A DNA stretch of 64,000 nucleotides from Planctomycetota bacterium. Its GTDB lineage: Bacteria > Planctomycetota > GCA-002687715 > DRQF01. Shown in pieces: positions 8,298 through 18,520 of this stretch. The translations under genes and the position numbers were made by a program. Every line of letters begins with the position of its first letter. Position 1 is the first letter of the stretch. Below the pieces are notes generated by a model. It was not told the origin of the DNA, made no database searches, and was given only the letters and a program-made list of their open reading frames with translations. The DNA lies in the NCBI GenBank assembly GCA_011369445.1, contig DRQF01000120.1, positions 847 to 64,846 on the forward strand, written 5' to 3'.

Positions 8298-9119
8298 ATG
8301 CGTCAGGGAATGTTGCTGCTTCTGGCCCTCGTTCTCGTGCTTCCCGGCCAGCCGAATCCGCCCCATCCCAAGCTGCAGAGTACGCTGTGGGTCCAGACAT
8401 CGGCCCTTTGGCCGAGTCTCTGCCGCCAAGCCTACCGGAGCGCAGAGATGCAACTCGACGAGGCCCTCGCCGACAACTCCTGGTCGGCCATGATGGAACA
8501 GGCTTCCATGCGCGGACTTAGGACGATGCCCCCAGCATTGATCGTCGATGTCGACGAGACCGTCCTCGACAACTCCCCCTTCCAAGCCCGCCTGATCAAG
8601 ACGGGAGGCTCCTTCACCGCCGCAGCCTGGGCGGAATGGGCCGACGAGGCGAACGCACTCCCCATCCCGGGCGCCCTGCCCTTCTTGCAAAAAGCGGCGA
8701 TGCGAGGAGTTCGAGTCTTCTACGTCACCAACCGCCCCCACGAGCTCGAGGACTCCACCCGAAGAAACCTCGCCCGATGGGGCTTTCCTCTGGCGAGCGA
8801 TGAAGACTGCATCCTCACCCTCGGCGAGACGCCGGAATGGGGCTCCGACAAGACCACCCGCCGCCGTCACGTCGCCGCCAACTACCGGGTCATCTTCCTC
8901 TTCGGCGACGACCTCGGCGACTTCATTCCCCAGCCCCGACGGTCCGTGGCCGATCGGCGCCACATGGTGGACGAGATGCAGGGGTTCTTCGGCACGCGCT
9001 GGTTCGCGTTGCCCAACCCTGTCTATGGGAGCTGGGAACGCGCCCTCGTCGGCAACCGCCGCGTCAACGCGGAAGAACGGGAGAAGCTCCGACTGCGCGC
9101 TCTCGACGAGCGCCGCTGA
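8298..9119 (+). CDS. Class C acid phosphatase / 5'-nucleotidase e(P4) family (HAD)
   Basis: Signal peptide; DVDETVLDNS, YVTNR, GDDLGDF, LPNPVYGSWE motifs. Confidence 0.9.
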   Translation: MRQGMLLLLALVLVLPGQPNPPHPKLQSTLWVQTSALWPSLCRQAYRSAEMQLDEALADNSWSAMMEQASMRGLRTMPPALIVDVDETVLDNSPFQARLIKTGGSFTAAAWAEWADEANALPIPGALPFLQKAAMRGVRVFYVTNRPHELEDSTRRNLARWGFPLASDEDCILTLGETPEWGSDKTTRRRHVAANYRVIFLFGDDLGDFIPQPRRSVADRRHMVDEMQGFFGTRWFALPNPVYGSWERALVGNRRVNAEEREKLRLRALDERR

Positions 9120-9143
9120 CTCGGTCGGCCGCGGCTTCGTCGT

Positions 9144-9449
9144 TCACGCCCCGGCCAGCTTCTCTTCCACGCTTTGCACCTTGTCGTCCATCGACTGGTC
9201 TCGGTCGACGCGCGTTCCGAAGCGCAGTGTGGAGCTAATCCGCGGTGCCCCCATCTCGTGAACCCGTTCATGACAGCGTTTGATCGCCGCCATGACGTCG
9301 TCCCATTCGCCCTCCACATTCGTCCCGTAGGCGTGCAGCTTGTGGGCGAGGCCCATCTGTTGAAAAACCTTCTCGCACTCGGCCACGTAGTCCGAAACGC
9401 TCGTCCCCACACCGAGGGGAATCACGCAAAGATCCGCGATCACTTTCAT
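9144..9449 (-). CDS. MTH1187/thiamine-binding protein family
   Basis: MKVIADLCVIPLG..SVS.YVA...HAYGTNVEGEWD...RVDR pattern. Confidence 0.88.
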   Translation of the reverse strand: MKVIADLCVIPLGVGTSVSDYVAECEKVFQQMGLAHKLHAYGTNVEGEWDDVMAAIKRCHERVHEMGAPRISSTLRFGTRVDRDQSMDDKVQSVEEKLAGA

Positions 9450-9467
9450 CCGTCTCATCCTTTGCTA

Positions 9468-10250
9468 ATGCGGTTCATGGAAGCCCGCGACATTCTCTCC
9501 CATCTTCGCACCCAAACCCTCGGGAGAACACTCCGTCTCCATGACGAGGTCGACTCCACCAACCTGAGAGCGGTCGCCGCCATCCGGACCGGCTGCGCCG
9601 TTCACGGGGAGGTCCATATGGCTCGTAGACAAACAGCCGGACGCGGCACCGGCGAGCGGTCCTGGGATTCGGCATCGCCTGACGGGCTCTGGGCCACCCT
9701 CGTACTCCTGGAGGGTCCGCCCCTGCCCGCCCCTCTCCCCTTCTGGCCCGCTCTCGCCATCCACGACGTGCTCACCCGGGAATTCGCCGTCCCCGCCCGC
9801 CTGAAGTGGCCGAACGACGTACTCGTCCATGCGAGAAAGATCGCCGGCATCCTCGTGGAGACGACCCCCACCCCCGACGGAGGGCAAGGTTATGCGGTGG
9901 GGATGGGCGTCAATCTCCTCCAGACCGCCTTCGAAGGCGACCTCGCTGGGACCGCCACGTCCCTACGCATGGAAATCGGGCTCGATGTGCCGCCGGCGGC
10001 CTTCCTCATCTCGCTCCTCGAAGCCTTGGAAGCCTGGGAGGAACGCGACCTTCTGGATGGCTTCGTGAAGGCGTCCCGCATGCTTCTGCGCCCCCTTCGC
10101 GCCGAACGCGACGGGACATGGATCACAGCAACCCCCATCGGCATCACGAAGGAGGGTTTCTTGGAGGTGGAACGCGAGGACGGCTCCCTCGAGACCTGGG
10201 TCTCGGGCGGCGCCGTCCGCATCGATCCCGAAAGCCTCGATCAGCCCTGA
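9468..10250 (+). CDS. birA: Biotin-[acetyl-CoA carboxylase] ligase (no N-terminal HTH)
   Basis: DSTN, QTAGRG, KWPNDV, KIAGILVE, GMGVN motifs; start at 9468 or 9477. Confidence 0.88.
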   Translation: MRFMEARDILSHLRTQTLGRTLRLHDEVDSTNLRAVAAIRTGCAVHGEVHMARRQTAGRGTGERSWDSASPDGLWATLVLLEGPPLPAPLPFWPALAIHDVLTREFAVPARLKWPNDVLVHARKIAGILVETTPTPDGGQGYAVGMGVNLLQTAFEGDLAGTATSLRMEIGLDVPPAAFLISLLEALEAWEERDLLDGFVKASRMLLRPLRAERDGTWITATPIGITKEGFLEVEREDGSLETWVSGGAVRIDPESLDQP

Positions 10251-11248
10251 AGGAAGCGTGCCACGTCCTTCGCCGCGTAGGTCAAGATGACGTCCGCACC
10301 GGCGCGGCGGATACAAAGGTGGGATTCCATCATCACGGCCTGATGATCGAGCCACCCCTTCTCTCCCGCCGCGATGAGCATCGCGTACTCGCCGCTCACG
10401 TGATACGCGGCGACGGGCACGGAGGAGGCCTCCTTCACCCGCCAAAGCACGTCGAGATAGGGCAGGGCCGGCTTGACCATGACCATGTCCGCGCCCTCCT
10501 CGATATCGAGGGTGAGTTCGCGCAAGGCCTCTTTCCCGTTGGCGGGATCCATCTGATAGGTCTTCTTGTCGCCGAAGCGCGGCGCCGATTCCAACGCGTC
10601 TCGGAAGGGACCGTAGAACGACGAGGCGTACTTGGCCGTGTAGGCAAGGATGCCCACATCGGTGAACCCCGCCTCGTCGAGGGATTCCCGAATGAATCCC
10701 ACGCGGCCGTCCATCATGTCGGAGGGTGCCACGATGTCCGCCCCCGCTTTCGCCTGCGCGATCGCCATGGCGGCCAGCACCTCGAGGGTTTCGTCATTGA
10801 CGATGACCCCATCCCGCACGATGCCGTCGTGTCCGTCGCTGGAATAGGGGTCCATCGCCACATCCGTGATGACGGTGAGGGCGGGCGCCGCCTCCTTGAG
10901 GGCCTTGATCGTCCGCTGGAGCAGACCATCCGGGTTGGTCGACTCCGTCGCCATGGAATCCTTCAAACTCTCGTCGATCGCAGGGAAAAGGGCCACGGCC
11001 GGGATTCCCAAGGCCTCCGCCTCCTTCACCTCTCCCACGAGCACGTCGATGCTCATCCGTTCGACGCCCGGCATCGAGGAGATCGGTTGGCGGGTATCCT
11101 CACCGTCCACGACGAAGACCGGCCAGATGAGATTGTCCGGCGAAAGGTGCGTCTCCCGCACCATGCGACGGATGGAATCCGTGCGCCGGTTCCTCCGCGG
11201 TCGCTCCGGCAGATCCAGGACGTATTCGAGTTCGTTTTCGTCCGTCAT
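10241..11248 (-). CDS. hemB: Porphobilinogen synthase (ALA dehydratase)
   Basis: RPRRNR, APSDMMDGRV, SSFYGPFRDA, YQMDP, MVKP, AYHVSGEY. The Asp-rich metal site DVAMDPYSSDGHDG indicates the non-zinc type. Confidence 0.97.
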   Translation of the reverse strand: MTDENELEYVLDLPERPRRNRRTDSIRRMVRETHLSPDNLIWPVFVVDGEDTRQPISSMPGVERMSIDVLVGEVKEAEALGIPAVALFPAIDESLKDSMATESTNPDGLLQRTIKALKEAAPALTVITDVAMDPYSSDGHDGIVRDGVIVNDETLEVLAAMAIAQAKAGADIVAPSDMMDGRVGFIRESLDEAGFTDVGILAYTAKYASSFYGPFRDALESAPRFGDKKTYQMDPANGKEALRELTLDIEEGADMVMVKPALPYLDVLWRVKEASSVPVAAYHVSGEYAMLIAAGEKGWLDHQAVMMESHLCIRRAGADVILTYAAKDVARFLQG

Positions 11249-11403
11249 GGCCCGTCTCCTTGGTGTCCGCCCGAGAGCGGTCGTCCTTGTCACGGCGCCC
11301 CCGACCGGCGATAACGAATCGCCCGGGGCGTCCCGGGCAAATCTGCGCCTTCCACCCCTTCGGGTCAAGGCCGACGTTCAACTCCGCCGGGAGCCACCGC
11401 ACG

Positions 11404-12063
11404 ATGACCGACAGCTCTGAGCCCCTGCGGGATGACCGACTCGTCGGAGTGGAGGACGGCCCGCAGGTGGAGATCAAGGTCAAGGGGTCCCGCTTCCTCG
11501 CTCAGGTCTTTCAGGTGATGACCGAGGCCGAGGCGAGGGAGCGATTGCGAATCATCCGCAAGCGCTACCACGACGCCACCCACCACGGGAGCGCTTGGCG
11601 GCTCCCGCCCCCGCAAGACCCCATCGAGGCAGCGGACGACGACGGTGAGCCCTCCGGGACGACCGGTCCACCCATCCTCTTGCAACTCCGAGGGGCCGAA
11701 CTCCTGGGCGCCCTGTGCATCGTCACACGGTGGTTCGGCGGCACGAAGCTCGGAACGGGCGGGCTCGCTCGCGCGTACGGGGACGCCGCGGCACAAGCCG
11801 TCGCGGCCGCGCCCCGGACGACCCTGTGGCGCGCGCAGCAAATCCGCCTCGAGCCCTCATGGGAGGACGTGGGGGCCATCGAAGCGGTGCTGGCGCGGGA
11901 GGCTTCAAGACTCCTCAGCATCGACCGCAGCTTCGGCGAGCGCCCCGTATTCACCCTCACGGTCCCCCTGAGTCAATGTGTCCCCATCCTCGATGCCGTC
12001 CGCCAGGCCACCGGCGCTCGCGCCCAGGCTCACCCCGGGCCTGAGTTCCTCCACCCGGCTTAG
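11404..12063 (+). CDS. YigZ/IMPACT family protein
   Basis: KGSRF, DATHH, DDDGEPSGTTG, VTRWFGGTKLGTGGLARAY. Confidence 0.92.
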   Translation: MTDSSEPLRDDRLVGVEDGPQVEIKVKGSRFLAQVFQVMTEAEARERLRIIRKRYHDATHHGSAWRLPPPQDPIEAADDDGEPSGTTGPPILLQLRGAELLGALCIVTRWFGGTKLGTGGLARAYGDAAAQAVAAAPRTTLWRAQQIRLEPSWEDVGAIEAVLAREASRLLSIDRSFGERPVFTLTVPLSQCVPILDAVRQATGARAQAHPGPEFLHPA

Positions 12064-12139
12064 ACATCCTTCCCAAGTCGCCGGGATCGGATAACGTCTT
12101 CTTGTCTCACCCACCGACTCGGTCTGGAGCAGATTCGAC

Positions 12140-14383
12140 ATGACGCGCATCGTGAGTATCGGCGGGGGCCCGGGCGGGCTCTATTCCGCAATCCTCCTCA
12201 AAAAAGCCTTCCCCGAAACCACCATCGAGGTCTTCGAACGGAATGCACCGGACGACACCTTCGGGTGGGGCGTCGTTTTCTCAGACGAAACGCTACAGGC
12301 CTTCGAAGAGGAAGACCCTGAGAGCTATCGGAGCATCACGGAGAGCTTCATCCACTGGACGGACATCGACACGTTCCACAGGGGCGAGCACGTTCGATCC
12401 ACGGGCCACGGGTTCTCGGGACTCTCCCGCCAGCGGCTACTAACGATCCTGCAGGATCGCGCCCAGGACCTCGGCGTGGCCATCCACTTCAAAACGGAGA
12501 TCGACTCTCTCGACGAGGTGGGCGAAGCCGATCTGCTCATCGCGGCCGACGGCGTCAACAGTTTCATCCGCGAACGGTACGCGGACAGCTTCCGCCCCAC
12601 CGTCGACTGGCGGAAATGCCGGTTCTCCTGGCTGGGCACCAACAAGCCCCTCGAAGCCTTCACGTTCATCTTCAAGCGGAACGAACACGGGCTTTTCCGC
12701 GTCCACGCCTACCCCTTCCAGGAGGGTCTCGGTACGTGGATTGTGGAATGCACGGAAGACACCTGGAAGAACGCCGGCCTGGACAAGGTCGACGACGAAG
12801 GCACGGTGAAGTACTGCGAGGACCTCTTCGCCGAGGAGTTGGACGGACACCATCTGCTGGCGAACCGTTCCATCTGGCGTCGCTTTCCCACAATCACCTG
12901 CGAGAACTGGCGGCACGGCAACGTCGTTCTTCTGGGTGACGCGGTCCACACCGCCCACTTCTCCATCGGCTCGGGCACGAAGCTCGCCATGGAGGATGCC
13001 GTAGCGCTCCGCGATGCCCTCGTGACCCACGGGATGAACGACATAGCCCGCACGCTGGATGCCTACCAGGAGGCTCGACGCGTGGACGTCATCAAGGTGC
13101 AAAAGGCTGCCGACACGAGTCTCAAGTGGTTCGAGAACACCGAGCGCTACGAGGAGCAGCCGATCCTCCAGTTCACCTTCAACCTCATGACGCGCTCCAA
13201 GAAGATCACCTGGGACAACCTCGCCCTGAGGGACCCGGATCTCGTCGCCAAAGTGGCGGAGTGGTTTCGCGAATCGCAGGGCGCGCCCCGCACGAGCGAG
13301 GGCAAGGCGCCCGAACCCGTCTTCACACCCTACTCCATTGGCGCCTTGAAGCTGGTCAATCGGGTCGTCGTGAGCCCGATGTGCCAGTACTCCGCAGACG
13401 AGGGAGTCCCCAACGACTGGCATCGCATCCACTACGGCGAGCTCGCTCTTGGTGGAGCGGGCCTCATCATGACCGAGATGACCAACGTCTCGCCCGAAGG
13501 GCGAATCACGCTGGGTTGCGCGGGCCTTTGGAACGAGACCCAGGAGAGGGCGTGGAAGCAGATCGTGGACTTCGCTCACGCCCACGCGAAAGGTCGCATC
13601 GGGATTCAGTTGGCCCACGCCGGCCGCAAGGGTTCCGCGCACCTGCCATGGGAAAAAGAGGACACACCGCTTGGCCCCGATGAGGGCGCATGGACGACGC
13701 TCGGCCCGAGTTCGCTTTCCTGGGACGATGGATGGCCAGCGCCCAAGGAGATGGATCGCTCCGACATGGACCGCGTCCGCGACGATTTCGTCGCCGCCGC
13801 TGAACGCGCTCAGCGCGCGGGCTTCGATCTCATCGAGTTGCACATGGCCCACGGCTACCTGCTCTCGAGCTTCCTCTCACCGCTTTCCAACCGTCGAACG
13901 GACGAGTACGGAGGCTCCCTGGCCAATCGGATGCGCTATCCCCTGGAGGTCTTCCGCGCCGTGCGCGCCGCCTGGCCCGAGGAGAAGCCCCTCATCGTAC
14001 GGGTCACGGCGAGCGACTGGCACGCGGACGGCCAGACGGTGGAAGACACCGTCCAGATCGCCCTCGCCTTGAAAGAGGCGGGCTGCGCCCTGCTCGACGT
14101 CTCCAGCGGCGGCAACGCGCCGGATTCCGCTCCCATCTACGGACGGATGTATCAGGTCCCCTTCGCCGAACAGATCGCTCATGACACGGGCATTCCCGTC
14201 ATGGCGGTAGGCGCCATCCTGGGCGCCGATCACGCGAACACCATCCTCGCGGCGGGGCGGGCCCACCTATGCGCCATGGCCAGACCCCACCTGCGCGACC
14301 CCCATCTCACCCTCAACGCCGCGAATCGTTACGAGTTCCCGGATCAGTTCTGGCCGCCCCAGTACGTCCGGGGCAGGATTTGA
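12140..14383 (+). CDS. Bifunctional FAD monooxygenase / FMN oxidoreductase (anthraniloyl-CoA / salicylyl-CoA hydroxylase type, AbmA-like)
   Basis: GGGPGGL, DTFGWGVVFS, GDAVHTAHFSIGSGTKLAMED fused to an OYE domain (SPMCQYS, HMAHGYLL, RTDEYGGS). Confidence 0.9.
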   Translation: MTRIVSIGGGPGGLYSAILLKKAFPETTIEVFERNAPDDTFGWGVVFSDETLQAFEEEDPESYRSITESFIHWTDIDTFHRGEHVRSTGHGFSGLSRQRLLTILQDRAQDLGVAIHFKTEIDSLDEVGEADLLIAADGVNSFIRERYADSFRPTVDWRKCRFSWLGTNKPLEAFTFIFKRNEHGLFRVHAYPFQEGLGTWIVECTEDTWKNAGLDKVDDEGTVKYCEDLFAEELDGHHLLANRSIWRRFPTITCENWRHGNVVLLGDAVHTAHFSIGSGTKLAMEDAVALRDALVTHGMNDIARTLDAYQEARRVDVIKVQKAADTSLKWFENTERYEEQPILQFTFNLMTRSKKITWDNLALRDPDLVAKVAEWFRESQGAPRTSEGKAPEPVFTPYSIGALKLVNRVVVSPMCQYSADEGVPNDWHRIHYGELALGGAGLIMTEMTNVSPEGRITLGCAGLWNETQERAWKQIVDFAHAHAKGRIGIQLAHAGRKGSAHLPWEKEDTPLGPDEGAWTTLGPSSLSWDDGWPAPKEMDRSDMDRVRDDFVAAAERAQRAGFDLIELHMAHGYLLSSFLSPLSNRRTDEYGGSLANRMRYPLEVFRAVRAAWPEEKPLIVRVTASDWHADGQTVEDTVQIALALKEAGCALLDVSSGGNAPDSAPIYGRMYQVPFAEQIAHDTGIPVMAVGAILGADHANTILAAGRAHLCAMARPHLRDPHLTLNAANRYEFPDQFWPPQYVRGRI

Positions 14384-14467
14384 CCCCGGAAATCCCGGCA
14401 CCCCCGCTGACAAGGTCGCCTCTCCCGTGGTATGAAGGAGCGGGATCGAGGTGGAGACGAACAAACG

Positions 14468-16006
14468 ATGTGGAATTGGATACAGGAATGTCCCTGGCAG
14501 GCCATCTTCTTGGCCTTCGGGATTCTCATTGTCGTGGTCGCCATCCGCGACATTTTTTTCGCGTCCAAAAAGCACGCCATCCGGCACAACTTCCCTGTGG
14601 TGGGAAACCTGCGCTATTGGTTGGAGACCATCGGACCGGAGCTTCGCCAGTATTGGGTCGCCAACGATCGTGAGGAGTTGCCCTTCAACCGAAGTGAGCG
14701 ATCCTGGATCTACGCCTCCGCGAAGAACCAGAACAAGAACTTCGGATTCGGCACTGCGGAGCAGATCTATTCCACCGGCTATCCCATCATCAAGCAGGCC
14801 GAGTTCCCCTTTCCCGAATCCAAGGCCCACCATGCGAACGGCGACACGACCGCCATCCCCTGCGTCAAGGTCATGGGACAATCACACAACCGCAAACGCC
14901 CATGGCGACCGCCATCGATCGTCAACATATCGGCCATGTCGTTCGGGTCTCTCGGTTATCGAGCGATTTCCTCGCTGAATCGGGGAGCGAAGGAGGCTGG
15001 CTGCTACCACAACACCGGTGAAGGCGGACTCAGTCCCTACCACCTCTTGGGTGCCGACGTGGTCTGGCAAATCGGCACGGGATACTTCGGGGCTCGTGAC
15101 GAGAACGGCCGCTTTTCCCTCGAGAAGGTTGCGGACACCGTCGAGAAACATCCCCAGGTGCGCGCCATCGAGATCAAGCTCTCCCAAGGGGCGAAACCCG
15201 GAAAGGGCGGCATCCTTCCTGGAGCGAAAGTCACAGCGGAGATCGCGGCCATCCGGCACATCCCGGAAGGCCAAGACTGCATCTCCCCCAATGCCCACGT
15301 CGAGTTCGAAAACGTGGACGAGCTCATCACCTTCGTCGAGAAGATCGCCAAGCGAACCGGTCTACCCGTCGGCATCAAGTCGGCGATCGGCAAGCTCGAT
15401 TTCTGGCACGATCTGGCGGCTCAGATGAAAGAGCGCGGCGAAGGGCCCGACTACATCGCCATCGATGGTGGAGAAGGCGGCACCGGCGCGGCACCCTTGA
15501 CCTTCGCCGACCACGTCTCGCTGCCATTCAAGATCGGGTTCGAGCGGGTCTATCGGATCTTCCAGGCGGCCGAGGTATCCAAGGACATCGTCTGGATCGG
15601 AGCCGGCAAGTTGGGTTTCCCCGACCGCGCCCTCATCGCGCTGGCCATGGGCTGCGACATGGTCTACGTGGCCCGGGAAGCGATGATCGCCATCGGCTGC
15701 ATCCAGGCTCAGAAATGCCACACGGGTCACTGCCCCGTCGGCGTCGCCACTCAGAACAAGTGGCTCCAGGCGGGCTTGAACATCGAAGACAAGTCCAGGC
15801 GTTTCGCCAACTACGTCAAGAGCTTCCGCAAAGAACTTCTGACCCTGGCGCATGCGTGCGGCTACGAGCATCCCGCCGACGTGACCGGCCGGGACATCGA
15901 GTTCAGCACCGGGGTCAATCAATTCACGAACCTGGAGGACCTCATGGGCTACAAGAAGGATCGCTTCGGCCCCATCTCCATGAGCGATCTCACCCCCGTG
16001 GACTGA
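14468..16006 (+). CDS. FMN-binding glutamate synthase family protein with N-terminal TM
   Basis: SAMSFGSL, NTGEGG, EIKLSQGAKPGKGG, DGGEGGTGA and the CIQAQKCHTGHCP Fe-S motif. Confidence 0.92.
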   Translation: MWNWIQECPWQAIFLAFGILIVVVAIRDIFFASKKHAIRHNFPVVGNLRYWLETIGPELRQYWVANDREELPFNRSERSWIYASAKNQNKNFGFGTAEQIYSTGYPIIKQAEFPFPESKAHHANGDTTAIPCVKVMGQSHNRKRPWRPPSIVNISAMSFGSLGYRAISSLNRGAKEAGCYHNTGEGGLSPYHLLGADVVWQIGTGYFGARDENGRFSLEKVADTVEKHPQVRAIEIKLSQGAKPGKGGILPGAKVTAEIAAIRHIPEGQDCISPNAHVEFENVDELITFVEKIAKRTGLPVGIKSAIGKLDFWHDLAAQMKERGEGPDYIAIDGGEGGTGAAPLTFADHVSLPFKIGFERVYRIFQAAEVSKDIVWIGAGKLGFPDRALIALAMGCDMVYVAREAMIAIGCIQAQKCHTGHCPVGVATQNKWLQAGLNIEDKSRRFANYVKSFRKELLTLAHACGYEHPADVTGRDIEFSTGVNQFTNLEDLMGYKKDRFGPISMSDLTPVD

Positions 16007-16098
16007 GGCTTACCTTCATTTCCTCTCGCCGATGCGCAGGTCGGTGTGAGACCCCGGACAAACTGGGAGCGTCGCGGCGAGCGGTCCGGGTAGGACTC

Positions 16099-18480
16099 TC
16101 ATTGCATCTTCTCTTCCAGCACGAGACGCAGGTCGCCCTGTTGGCCGGAGACGAAAGTGGGAGGCTCGCCAACGAGGTGCCAGCGTGTGATCCGAATTCT
16201 GGCCGTGGGGGTCGCGGCTTTCGTCATCGCGAAGGCCCGCACCGTGCAGAAGCGCCCTTCCTCCACCCAGATCTCGAAGTGTCCCGCCGCATCCGTCTCC
16301 GCCGAGGACTGGGTCGTCACGGACGCCATGCCGCTTGGGGTGATCGTCTCCGCCGCGATGGACACCCGAACGCCCGGAAAGATGCTCCCATCCTCGTGGA
16401 CCGTGACACCGCGGACGAGAACGGTCCGGGGAAGATGGACGGTCACCTTCTTCGTTTCGCCGGCCTTCAGGGTCACCTTCATGCGCTCGCCGCCCGCCAC
16501 GTCGAGGCTGTAGCTCCCGGCCGGAATGTCCTTGAAGCGGAAACGCCCCTCCACGTCCGTCCGTGAGGAAAGGATCTCGCCCTGCGATCCCGACATCCAA
16601 CGCCGCGACCCGGAGGGCGCCACGACCCCCTCGGGGCGCAAAGCGACCCTGAGCCCCGTGCCTAGGGTCCCGTCGCCTCGCAGCACCCTGCCCTCGCATG
16701 AGGCGCCCCGACCGAGCTCGAGTATGAGATCGGCGGGGACGGGCTTTTGGGCGAGGTCCAGGGCAACCTCCGCCTTCGACTTGAAATCAGGATGCGCCGC
16801 CTCGACGACGATGTCCTTCATGGAGGGCACCGAACCCAGCTCGAAGGCCCCGGCCTCGTCGCTCAGGACAGGCATTCGCAATCCGAGGCGCGCCTTCACG
16901 CTCCCCCAGAGCTCCGACTTCGCTCGAAAACTCACCGTCGCTCCAGAGACCGGTTCCCCGCCGGGGCCGACCACGCGCCCCCGGAGCCTCACCCCGGGCT
17001 CCATCAGCACGTCGACGCCTTCCCGAATCTCCCCGGGACGAAGACGCTTCGTGTCGTCATCCCCGTTCGTCGTGCTCTCGAGGAAGCCCGCGAGGTAGGC
17101 GACAGGGTCTCCGCGATACTCCGCCACGTAGTCCGGATGGGTCGCCGTGACGACGAAGAAACCCGCTGGAACGTGCTCGACCCGGTAGAAGCCCCGCGCA
17201 TCTGTCTGGACGGGAAGCGATCGCCCCTTCAAGCCGATGGCCTGGGGGCTCACGACGACGACTTCGGCCCCCTCGATGGGCGCGAGCGTCCCCTTTGCGA
17301 GAACGCGTCCCTCCAGGGTCGCACCCCCGAACATCTTCAGATCCACGAGTTCGCGCTCCCCGTTGCGGTCCGCATCGAGCAGCCGAATCCCAGGGTTCAG
17401 GCGCGTTCGCGCCCCGTCGCCGATATCCAGGGTGTAACGCTCCGCGATGGCACCGATCACCAGGTCCCCGGTCGAGGGCACACCGTGCAGAACGTACGAA
17501 CCATCTTCTCCGCTTCGGGTGGAAAGATACGCCGGGAACATCCGCTCCTTGATGTCGACCAAAGCATAGACGACGACGTTGGCGAGACCCTCATTCGTGC
17601 TCCCATCGAAAACCCGTCCGAAGACCTCCGCTTCAGGCCGCAACGTGAAGGAGTGGGGAGGGTTCGCCCCTGGCCGCAGGACGAGAATCCCCGTCCCCGT
17701 GACACCGTAGCCCTCGGCCGTCAACGTCCCTGAGAAAATGCTGGGTTCGAGGTCCTCGAACACAAAACGCCCCTTCTCATTCGTGATCTCCTGGTAGGTG
17801 CGAAGGAGGGGAGCATGTCCGATCGCCACATCGAGAAGCTCCACCCTCACCCCGGGCACAGGTGAGCCGTCCGGGGAAACCACCGTTCCTTCGAAGCGTA
17901 CCCCAGGAAGAAGAGCGATTTCGATATGCCGCCTTGAGAGTTCCCGCAAGATGCGGAAGGCCTCGGCGAAACGGCGACCGTAGCCCTTGGCACGGACGAG
18001 AACCGTGTAGTCTCCCGGCGCCACGTCGTCGAAACGAAACCCTCCCTGGTGGTCCGTCGTCGTGGTCGCGAGCGGTTGATTGGTGGCTCGAAGCATCGTC
18101 AGGTCCGTCACGACGTTCACGTCGTTCGGGTCCGTAGCGACGACGGAGGGCAGAAGGGCCACGCTGGCTCCCGAGATGGACGTCGAGGTCGCCTTGTCTC
18201 GAACGCGGCCCAAGATGACCGATCCACTCGGCGCGTCGGGCGCAACCGTCGCAGGTTCCCGGTCCTCGGAGCGGCCCGCCTCGTGCGCGGGAGTCCGCTC
18301 GGTTCTCGTCTCGTAGACGGGTTTTCGCCGCACGAGGTCCTTGCCCGGCGAGGTGTCATCCACCGCCCCCGCAGGGCCCTCATCCATCACGTCGGACTCC
18401 GCCTCGTCCGACAAGAACAGATACAAACAGGCCGAAATCAGAACGACCGCGAGCCCCAAGATCACCGTGGAAAGCTTCAT
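16099..18480 (-). CDS. Membrane-anchored protein with carboxypeptidase-regulatory-like (prealbumin-fold) repeats, paralog A
   Basis: N-terminal TM, then ~7 repeats of the type GRV....P..GA.V...TD..G.F....PG.Y. Confidence 0.8.
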   Translation of the reverse strand: MKLSTVILGLAVVLISACLYLFLSDEAESDVMDEGPAGAVDDTSPGKDLVRRKPVYETRTERTPAHEAGRSEDREPATVAPDAPSGSVILGRVRDKATSTSISGASVALLPSVVATDPNDVNVVTDLTMLRATNQPLATTTTDHQGGFRFDDVAPGDYTVLVRAKGYGRRFAEAFRILRELSRRHIEIALLPGVRFEGTVVSPDGSPVPGVRVELLDVAIGHAPLLRTYQEITNEKGRFVFEDLEPSIFSGTLTAEGYGVTGTGILVLRPGANPPHSFTLRPEAEVFGRVFDGSTNEGLANVVVYALVDIKERMFPAYLSTRSGEDGSYVLHGVPSTGDLVIGAIAERYTLDIGDGARTRLNPGIRLLDADRNGERELVDLKMFGGATLEGRVLAKGTLAPIEGAEVVVVSPQAIGLKGRSLPVQTDARGFYRVEHVPAGFFVVTATHPDYVAEYRGDPVAYLAGFLESTTNGDDDTKRLRPGEIREGVDVLMEPGVRLRGRVVGPGGEPVSGATVSFRAKSELWGSVKARLGLRMPVLSDEAGAFELGSVPSMKDIVVEAAHPDFKSKAEVALDLAQKPVPADLILELGRGASCEGRVLRGDGTLGTGLRVALRPEGVVAPSGSRRWMSGSQGEILSSRTDVEGRFRFKDIPAGSYSLDVAGGERMKVTLKAGETKKVTVHLPRTVLVRGVTVHEDGSIFPGVRVSIAAETITPSGMASVTTQSSAETDAAGHFEIWVEEGRFCTVRAFAMTKAATPTARIRITRWHLVGEPPTFVSGQQGDLRLVLEEKMQ

Positions 18481-18520
18481 GCCGTCTCCTCCTCCCTACT
18501 CCCGCCGCGGTGCGCTCGGA

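Noticed and set aside
9449-9468. Divergent MTH1187-family gene and birA separated by under 30 bp (possible vitamin-cofactor regulatory link)
   Set aside because: No riboswitch or operator is visible and BirA lacks a DNA-binding domain; likely just compaction.
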